Shown in pieces: positions 36,512 to 43,192 of a stretch of 43,192 nt of DNA. Numbering within the stretch: the first letter of the stretch is position 1; each line of letters opens with the position of its first letter. The stretch comes from Verrucomicrobiales bacterium (GTDB lineage: Bacteria > Verrucomicrobiota > Verrucomicrobiia > Verrucomicrobiales > V1-33): NCBI GenBank assembly GCA_031411295.1, contig JANOAV010000190.1, positions 1 through 43,192 on the forward strand, read 5' to 3'. Both the position numbers and the translations under genes were made by a program. The notes under the pieces were generated by a model. It did not search any database. It had not been told where the DNA came from and saw only the letters and a program-made list of their open reading frames with translations.

Positions 36512-36598
36512 GATGGCAGCGTAGTTCGAGGCCGCGCGATTTGCAACTCAGCACCAACCCGCATTGCTAACTAGATTCTGCGGTCGCCAGCCACCGCC

Positions 36599-38227
36599 TC
36601 AAATGCCGGAAATGCCCCCTGCACTGTCCACCTGAATGCGCTCGGCTGCGGGAAGTTTCGGGAGGGCGGGCATGCGGAGAATTTTTCCAGTTAGGGCGAC
36701 GAGGAATCCGGCTCCGTTAGCGATTTCGAATTGCCGCACCGTGATGCGGAAATTTCTCGGACGTCCTTGCTTCTTGGGATCGTCGGAAAGTGAGTCCTGC
36801 GTCTTGGCCATACAGATGGGGAGTGTATCAAAGCCCAACTGACGAATGCCCACCAGCTGCTCCAGCGCTTGGGGCGAGAAATCCACGCCGTCCGCGCCAT
36901 AGATCCGCGTGGCGATTTTGCGAATCTTTTCCTCCGGCGTGTCGTCCAGAGAATACACGTGGTCGAATCGCGTGGTCTCCGTTTGCGAGGCCTTCACGAC
37001 GATGTGCGCCAAGTCCTGGGCGCCCAAACCGCCAGCCCCGAAAACGTTGGCCACCGCACACGGCACGTCGCGCGTGGCGCAATAATTCTCCACGATGGCA
37101 TGTTCGACTGGGGCGTCCGCAGTGAATTCGTTGATGGCCACCACGACCGGGCGGCCGAACGATTGCGCGGCATCCAAGTGAGCGGCCAGATTATCCAAGC
37201 CCCGTTCCACGGCGGCCACGTCAGGTTGGCTGAGGTCCGCCAACGCCACGCCACCGTGCATTTTCAAGGCCCGGATGGTGGCGACTAGCACGATGACATC
37301 AGGCGCAAATCCGCCCTGGCGACACTTGATGTCGAGAAATTTCTCCCCGCCCAGATCGAACGCAAAGCCCGCTTCCGTGACGGCAAAATCCGCCGTGCCC
37401 AAGGCGAGTCGCGTGGCGAGAATGGAGTTGCAGCCGTGGGCGATGTTGGCAAATGGCCCGCCGTGCACATAAGCCGGCACGCCTTCCACGGAGCGCACCA
37501 GATTGGGTTTCAAGGCATCCCGCAAAATCGCTAACATCGCACCCGTGACCTTCATTTCCTCTGCCAGCACGGGCTTGCCCTCAGTGGTATAGCCGAGTAA
37601 AATGCGGTTCAAGCGCGCGCGCAGATCATCATACGAAGTAGCCAAGCAAAGGATGGCCATGATCTCGCTGGCGGCGGTGATATCGAATCCGGAATCGCGC
37701 TCCACGCCTTGGCCATGCATGCCGATGCGGATGTTCCGCAGGGCGCGGTCGTTCATATCCATGGACCGTTTCCAGACGACACGATTCGGGTCAAGGCGCG
37801 TGGTTTTGAAGTGGAGTCGGTTGTCCATGGCCGCAGCCAGCAAATTATGCGCAGCGGTAATGGCATGGAAATCCCCGGTGAATTGCAGGTTGATGCTTTC
37901 CGCTGGGGTGAGCGAACTCTTGCCACCGCCAGTAGCTCCACCTTTGCGCCCAAAGACTGGGCCCATGCTCGGCTGGCGCAGCGCCAAGGCCACGGACTGG
38001 CCGATCTGTTTCAGCCCCTGTGCCAGGCCGATGGAAACGGTGGTCTTACCTTCGCCTGCCGGAGTGGGCGTGATGGCGGAAACGAGAATGAGCTTGCCGC
38101 GCACCGGTAGATCCTGCAAGGCGGGCAGGGCGATCTTGGCTTTGTCCCGGCCATAGAATTCAAGATGGTCCGGGTGGAGTTGGAGTTGCGTGGCGAGTTC
38201 GCTGAGGGAAGGTGCAGTGGTGTTCAC
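36599..38227 (-). CDS. fhs: Formate--tetrahydrofolate ligase
   Basis: TPTPAGEGKTT, KGGATGGG, HGGPFANIAHG, VATIRALKMHG and CMAKTQ. Confidence 0.96.
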   Translation of the reverse strand: MNTTAPSLSELATQLQLHPDHLEFYGRDKAKIALPALQDLPVRGKLILVSAITPTPAGEGKTTVSIGLAQGLKQIGQSVALALRQPSMGPVFGRKGGATGGGKSSLTPAESINLQFTGDFHAITAAHNLLAAAMDNRLHFKTTRLDPNRVVWKRSMDMNDRALRNIRIGMHGQGVERDSGFDITAASEIMAILCLATSYDDLRARLNRILLGYTTEGKPVLAEEMKVTGAMLAILRDALKPNLVRSVEGVPAYVHGGPFANIAHGCNSILATRLALGTADFAVTEAGFAFDLGGEKFLDIKCRQGGFAPDVIVLVATIRALKMHGGVALADLSQPDVAAVERGLDNLAAHLDAAQSFGRPVVVAINEFTADAPVEHAIVENYCATRDVPCAVANVFGAGGLGAQDLAHIVVKASQTETTRFDHVYSLDDTPEEKIRKIATRIYGADGVDFSPQALEQLVGIRQLGFDTLPICMAKTQDSLSDDPKKQGRPRNFRITVRQFEIANGAGFLVALTGKILRMPALPKLPAAERIQVDSAGGISGI

Positions 38228-38335
38228 GGAGAGCTAGCTAGACCGAATGCAGGCAGTTGGCAAGTCAGAGAAGTGACGATCTCCGGGTGCTCTGGTCCCA
38301 GCGTGGAACGTGGAGGTCGAAGTGACGAGACCGCA

Positions 38336-39472
38336 TCAGGCATAGATGGGCAGCACGCCACCTTCGTAGCTGGGGAAGAGTTTTCCCAGATCCACCGCGG
38401 GCTCCAGATGGCGGCAGACGGCACCCAGCGTGCCGCGATAGTCATGAACCACGGGGACGTCTCCAGGGTATTCCAAGATGGAGCCACCGAGCCCTTTCCA
38501 GTCTGCGAAAACTTTGCCACCCGGCACGCTGCCGCCCATGACCCAGTGCACGCCGCCGCGGCCGTGATCGGTTCCCAACGAAGCATTCTCCCCCACCCTG
38601 CGCCCGAATTCGGTCATGACCACGATGGTCACGCGGGGGAAATCTTTCCCCAGCGCGGTGGCGAAATCCGCCAAGCCTTTCGCTAGCCGCGGCATCAATG
38701 AATTCAGCAAGACCGCTGCGCCAAAGTGCGAATCCCATCCGCCCAGATCAATCGTGGCCGCGCGCAGACCAAGATTCGCTTGGATCAGACGAGCGATCAA
38801 TCCGAGGCCATCCACAAATTCATCCCGTGCTTGCTTGGGCTGCCCCTTGCGCCGCGCCTCTTCATCCTGCAGCGCGACGGACAGTCCCTGGATGCGTTGC
38901 ACCGCAGCGAGCGTCTCACTGCCAGCTTGACCAAGTTTACCGCCGGTCAGTTGATATAATTTGCCGAGTTGTTGCTGGAATACTTCCGTTTGCTTCGGCA
39001 GGGCGAATTCCGTTAGCGAACGCATCGCCACGGCAGCCGTGCCATGCAGCGAGTCGGAGATATGCTCACTGATACTCACCGCGGTGAGCGGACCGGCATT
39101 CGACTGTTTGGTGAGATGGAGGAATTTCCCCAACCAGCCACCACCACTGGCGCCACCGAAGTGCAGGTAGTCTTCGGCCTCGAAATGGGAGCGCGAATTC
39201 TCCGGCGTGCCGGCTTGATGAATGATGGCCAACTGCTTTTGTTCAAAGAACGGATGCAGTGGGGCCAGATTGTTATGGAGTCGGAACACGCCCTCCAGGG
39301 GGAGCGTATCCTTTTCCTTCATCGCCAGCGTTGGTCGCAGCTTGTGGTAATCATCATCCCCCACGGGCGGGACCAAATGGAGGCCATCCGCCCCACCGCG
39401 CAGGTAAACACTAACAAGCACCTGCGAGGGCTTGCCTTCCGCTTCGATCAGGAGAGTGGGAGTTTGCGCCAT
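38336..39472 (-). CDS. DUF1501 domain protein
   Basis: LRGGADGL, RSHFEA, GGWDSH, TEFGRRV.EN...GTDHG and DYR. Confidence 0.9.
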   Translation of the reverse strand: MAQTPTLLIEAEGKPSQVLVSVYLRGGADGLHLVPPVGDDDYHKLRPTLAMKEKDTLPLEGVFRLHNNLAPLHPFFEQKQLAIIHQAGTPENSRSHFEAEDYLHFGGASGGGWLGKFLHLTKQSNAGPLTAVSISEHISDSLHGTAAVAMRSLTEFALPKQTEVFQQQLGKLYQLTGGKLGQAGSETLAAVQRIQGLSVALQDEEARRKGQPKQARDEFVDGLGLIARLIQANLGLRAATIDLGGWDSHFGAAVLLNSLMPRLAKGLADFATALGKDFPRVTIVVMTEFGRRVGENASLGTDHGRGGVHWVMGGSVPGGKVFADWKGLGGSILEYPGDVPVVHDYRGTLGAVCRHLEPAVDLGKLFPSYEGGVLPIYA

Positions 39473-39477
39473 GACGA

Positions 39478-41055
39478 TTAGTAGAGTTGGAATCCAGGAA
39501 GGGACAGCGCCAGCGCCAGTTGATCGGCCTCAGGCGTGGCTTGCAGGGCCGTGAGTTCGTCGGTGGTGGGCTTGCGTCCCAGCAAATGTTGCAGCATCCC
39601 GGTGGTGTTTCCGGCAGCGGTTAGGAACTGATCCTGCTTCCATGTGGCGGGCGTCGTTTCCCCCCGACCCAACCGCAGGGCAAAGTCCCAGCGAGCCAGT
39701 AGCGTGCTCATCCAATCCTCCCCCACATCGGCATAACCTTCGGGCGTGGGGTAATCAAAGGGCATGTGGCCCATGCGACGCAGCGCTCGTTGGATTTCCA
39801 TGCCCCCGTCTGTGGGCACACCCAAGGCTCTATAGAGCGAGACCAGATAATGGAAGGGGCGTTTAAACTTCGTGCCCCGTGCGGTGCGGAAGGACTCAGT
39901 GGCAAACAGCGCGCGAAGCGTTTCCGGGATGTCTCCGCTGGATTTGGTAAACGCAGCCGCAGTCGTGGCAATGGCGGCGGCGGGTGGTTCGTCAGCAATG
40001 AAATGACGGCATAATTTCGTGGCGATAAATTGTGCGGTCGAGGGATGCTGGGTGACGATCTCCAGCAACGCATCCAAATCCTTGGGCCCACCGCCTGCCG
40101 CAATTGTTTTGCCCAACACGGTCTTGGCTCCGTCATCGTGATTGTATTTGATGAACACCACCGAACCAATGCCCGCCAATCCCTTCGGCCCCATGCTGAA
40201 AAGCTTGTTGTCTTTACCCTTCACGGTCCAGCCCGTGAGGCAGCGTGCGGCCTCCATGACGTCCTGTTGGGTGTAACCGCCATGAACTCCTAACGTGTGG
40301 AGTTCCAAGAGTTCCCGGGCGTAGTTTTCATTCGGTTTATCCTCTGGTTTCCGACGCTTGTTTTGCCGGCCATCCAGGTAAAACAACATGGCCGGAGACA
40401 ACGCGGAAGCGCGCAGCAAGTCGGAAAATTTCCCCAACGCATGCGGCCGAATCACCTCCCGATCATCATACGGCTTGAGCCAGCGGCAATCCGCTTTGGA
40501 GGAATCGATATTGAAATGATCAGACCAGAACGCGACCATGCGTTCATACAACTGGTTAGGCGAGTGCACGGCCCGCACCAAGGCGGCTTGCGTGAGTTCG
40601 AAATTCAACTGCCGCGGATTGAAATCATAGAGTTCGCCCACGGCTTCCTGGATGGCCTCCTGGCGACTAGCCTGTTTCCGCGCTACTTCCGCCAAGCCCT
40701 TGGGATCGCGCACGGCCACACTCGCGGCTATGAATTTCTCTGCGGCCGCTTCGATGGATGTCGCTTGCTGACGCCAGTAGCCATAGAGCCCCGGGGTGAC
40801 GCCCCAAGTCAGGCGGGAGATGGCGTGGCTGAGCAGGTCGATCTCCTTCCCAGCTGGTGAGGCGAATGGTTCGAGCTTAACGGCATCGATCGCATCGCCA
40901 ATCGGCCCTAACATGGCCTTGCGCATGCGGGAATCACAACTGACGGAAAGGCCTGCTACCGCGGTGCCCGTCCAGCGGAGGAAATCACGTCGCCCCGACT
41001 GCCCGCGAGCGTGGCACTCGGTCGATGACGGGGCTGACTCGGAGCTTGGCTTCAT
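39478..41055 (-). CDS. DUF1800 domain protein with a Tat (lipo)protein signal
   Basis: ERMVAFWSDHF, PAMLFYLD, NENYARELLELHTLG and ARCLTGW; N-terminal GRRDFL...LSVSC; start at MKPSS. Confidence 0.9.
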   Translation of the reverse strand: MKPSSESAPSSTECHARGQSGRRDFLRWTGTAVAGLSVSCDSRMRKAMLGPIGDAIDAVKLEPFASPAGKEIDLLSHAISRLTWGVTPGLYGYWRQQATSIEAAAEKFIAASVAVRDPKGLAEVARKQASRQEAIQEAVGELYDFNPRQLNFELTQAALVRAVHSPNQLYERMVAFWSDHFNIDSSKADCRWLKPYDDREVIRPHALGKFSDLLRASALSPAMLFYLDGRQNKRRKPEDKPNENYARELLELHTLGVHGGYTQQDVMEAARCLTGWTVKGKDNKLFSMGPKGLAGIGSVVFIKYNHDDGAKTVLGKTIAAGGGPKDLDALLEIVTQHPSTAQFIATKLCRHFIADEPPAAAIATTAAAFTKSSGDIPETLRALFATESFRTARGTKFKRPFHYLVSLYRALGVPTDGGMEIQRALRRMGHMPFDYPTPEGYADVGEDWMSTLLARWDFALRLGRGETTPATWKQDQFLTAAGNTTGMLQHLLGRKPTTDELTALQATPEADQLALALSLPGFQLY

Positions 41056-41065
41056 GGCGGTGAAA

Positions 41066-41578
41066 TTATTCGTCGGTGCCGCCGGCAGCGCGTTGTTCGG
41101 AGCGAATTTTCCGCAAGGCCCGGATGCCTGCCCCCAGCCCGCAGGACAGAACCAAAGTGAGCGGGACCACGTTGACAATGGGAACCAGCATCGTTCCTAG
41201 CAGGATAACGCCACCACGCATGGTGCGTCGCCATGGTTGATCTTTATCGGTGGGATGCTGCATGCCGGAACCGATGCGACGGGCCAAGCCAGCTGCGCCT
41301 GCCAGGGCCAGCAAGAGGAGCGCGGAACCAACGATGCCACCCAGCAGCGCCCCCACGCCACCCATTTTGGCAATCGCTCCGGAAACGCCTCCCAGCACCA
41401 GCAGCGAGACGATACCAATGAGGAAATTTTTCCCCGGCCGATCATACGTTTCCTGCGCTTGGCGGACAAATTTAGGGAACAACGCCTGGGTGCCGATCCA
41501 CGTGCTAAGCATCAGGGAGGCTGCGGCAAAGAAGAGCAGGGCGATTTTCCAAAGTTCGGCAGAAGAGAAGAATTCCAT
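41066..41578 (-). CDS. Hypothetical integral membrane protein
   Basis: 170 aa with 4-5 hydrophobic helices; 10 nt upstream of the DUF1800 gene. Confidence 0.8.
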   Translation of the reverse strand: MEFFSSAELWKIALLFFAAASLMLSTWIGTQALFPKFVRQAQETYDRPGKNFLIGIVSLLVLGGVSGAIAKMGGVGALLGGIVGSALLLLALAGAAGLARRIGSGMQHPTDKDQPWRRTMRGGVILLGTMLVPIVNVVPLTLVLSCGLGAGIRALRKIRSEQRAAGGTDE

Positions 41579-41667
41579 AAGGGCGGCGATAGATTTAACT
41601 GCAAGTTATAACCCCGAACGCCGAGATTGCAGCATCTCTTTCACGGAAAATTTTGGGGCTAGGAGAA

Positions 41668-42804
41668 TTAGTAATCCCAAGCATTGCAGGCGGCAATGAC
41701 GCGGTCCACCTGCGCTGGCGTCAGGTAAGGATGGATCGGCAGCGAAACTTCTTGGGCGGCAAATTTCTCTGCCATGGTCAGGGTGCCCCAAGTTAGGATT
41801 TCTGACTGCGCCAACCCCGGCTGATCACTGATTAACTTCGGATAGTGAATTCCGCCCATGACGCCCTGCGCCTTGAGGTGATCCAGGAAGCCCGCGCGAT
41901 CCCCCGGAATCATGATCGGGAATAAATGAACGACGCCCGCACTGGCGGAAACTTCCGGCAGCAGTTGCAGGTGGTCCTGCTTCAGTTCCGCCCGATAGCG
42001 GGCCGCAATTTCCTGCCGCGTGGCCGTAAATTTAGCCAGACGCGGCAGCAGCGCATCATGCAGAATGGCGGCTTGGAGTTCATCCAATCGACTGTTGAGC
42101 CCGGGCAGCGAGTGGACGTATTTTTCGCTCTGACCATAGTCGCGCCATTGCCGAGCGGAAGCGGCCAGGCCGGCATCGTTCGTTAAGAGGGCACCCCCAT
42201 CGCCCATGGCACCGAGGTTTTTCGTTGGGTAAAAACTGGTCGTGGCGGCAAAGCCCACACTGCCGCAGGGCCGGCCTGACCACGTGGCACCGATCGATTG
42301 CGCGCAATCCTCGACGAGGTTAAGCCCATAGCGATCCCGTAGTGCTGCCAACTTCGTGAGGTCCATGCATTGACCGAACAGATGCACCGGAACCATCCAT
42401 TTAATGTGGGCGGCCTCCGCCAGCAGTTCGCCAACCAAATCGAGATCCAGCAAACCGTTGGCATCCACATCGACAAAGACGGGAACCCCGCCGGCGCGCA
42501 GAATGGCTAACGTCGTGGCAAAGGCGCTGAGCGGCGTGGTGATGACTTTCTCCCCGGGCTTCAGCCCTTTGGCGCGCAACGCAATTTCAATGGCATCCAT
42601 CCCATTACCGCAGCCAACCGCGTGCTCCAGCCCCCAATAGTCTCCTAACGCTTCCTCAAAGGCCACGACTTCGCGTCCCAGAATATACCAACCACTTGCG
42701 CCCACCCGCTGGAGCGCAGCAGTGGCATCAGACTGAATTTCCTGCCACAGGGCACGGAAATCATTCGCAGGGATGGGTGGCAATGGAAGTTCGGAGGAGG
42801 ACAT
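41668..42804 (-). CDS. DegT/DnrJ/EryC1/StrS family PLP aminotransferase (nucleotide-sugar)
   Basis: SGWYILG, GNGMDA, VHLFG, EDCAQ, SFYPTKNLGAMGDGG, NSRLDELQA and SLPIHP; start at MSSSE. Confidence 0.94.
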   Translation of the reverse strand: MSSSELPLPPIPANDFRALWQEIQSDATAALQRVGASGWYILGREVVAFEEALGDYWGLEHAVGCGNGMDAIEIALRAKGLKPGEKVITTPLSAFATTLAILRAGGVPVFVDVDANGLLDLDLVGELLAEAAHIKWMVPVHLFGQCMDLTKLAALRDRYGLNLVEDCAQSIGATWSGRPCGSVGFAATTSFYPTKNLGAMGDGGALLTNDAGLAASARQWRDYGQSEKYVHSLPGLNSRLDELQAAILHDALLPRLAKFTATRQEIAARYRAELKQDHLQLLPEVSASAGVVHLFPIMIPGDRAGFLDHLKAQGVMGGIHYPKLISDQPGLAQSEILTWGTLTMAEKFAAQEVSLPIHPYLTPAQVDRVIAACNAWDY

Positions 42805-42906
42805 AACGTTGAGAGCGGACGAAACCAGAGCAGAGGAGGTGTGGTGGGACGAGTCGTTTGGCAAGGTTAATCTAGCCTCGCTCCAATTTGCCTCCTCTGC
42901 CAACCA

Positions 42907-43014
42907 TCACCCGCGCAAATCCCGCAGCGTCCGCAACTCCCCGAGCATCCGCCCCAACCCCCCGCGTATTTTCCGCGCGCCACCCTTCCGATTCTTCCCA
43001 AACGAATCGCCTTC
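42907..43014 (-). pseudogene. C-terminal remnant of a second RAYT-type transposase
   Basis: Reads EGDSFGKNRKGGARKIRGGLGRMLGELRTLRDLRG*, paralleling HFPKGRMDGARKLRGAGWGAITALRDLRV* of 5486-6574; in-frame stop a short way upstream. Confidence 0.7.
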
Positions 43015-43033
43015 TTGACTCCTCTTGCCTTCT

Positions 43034-43062
43034 CCAGTGCAGGCTTCAGCCGGCTAAAGCCC
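43034..43062. repeat. REP-like palindrome next to the transposase remnant
   Basis: AGTGCAGGCTTCAGCCGGCTAAAGCC, imperfect inverted repeat GGCTTCAGCC / GGCTAAAGCC. Confidence 0.5.
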
Positions 43063-43192
43063 AATGCCTTTAAGGATTCAAAAATATCTGGAATTCTGTA
43101 ATTTCCCATGGCGCCCTGCCAGCTTCTGATGGATTGGGCGGATGCCCCATAACTCCCTGCCGCTTCCCGCATTCTTTTCCAATTTCGCCGCA

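Noticed and set aside
36599..38227. fhs as a sign of acetogenesis (Wood-Ljungdahl pathway)
   Set aside because: No other pathway genes nearby; fhs is common for ordinary C1 metabolism.

Overview
Bacterial chromosome segment of roughly 55-60% GC, most likely Verrucomicrobiota. That assignment is an inference from the attC style, the REP families, the C-terminal 'RRFYRV' domain and the PilD insertion. The left 7.7 kb is an accessory mosaic. Four direct copies of a ~70-84 bp CAGA...CAGA-bounded, G-quadruplex-like repeat (140, 2684, 5282 and a degenerate copy at 7626) are spaced 2.3-2.6 kb apart. Between them lie truncated genes, an integrase-less run of integron cassettes with three attC sites, a 41-bp tandem repeat, a Shedu-like nuclease, a RAYT-type HUH Y1 transposase with a REP doublet, and a small protein/nucleotidyltransferase pair. 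The rest is mostly core or metabolic: sulfotransferase, hom, a large PL1/PATR secreted protein, Tat alkaline phosphatase, EamA, D-Ala-D-Ala dipeptidase and prepilin peptidase. These are followed by a six-gene ACP / acyl-CoA dehydrogenase / amino acid:[carrier protein] ligase / DUF1839 / GH2 / tandem hydrolase operon, a sulfatase, a Cys-rich lipoprotein missed by the ORF track, a discoidin-GH plus GH94 pair, fhs, DUF1501/DUF1800, a DegT aminotransferase and a RAYT C-terminal remnant. I found no tRNA, rRNA or CRISPR array. All family calls come from motif recognition by eye, with no database searches.
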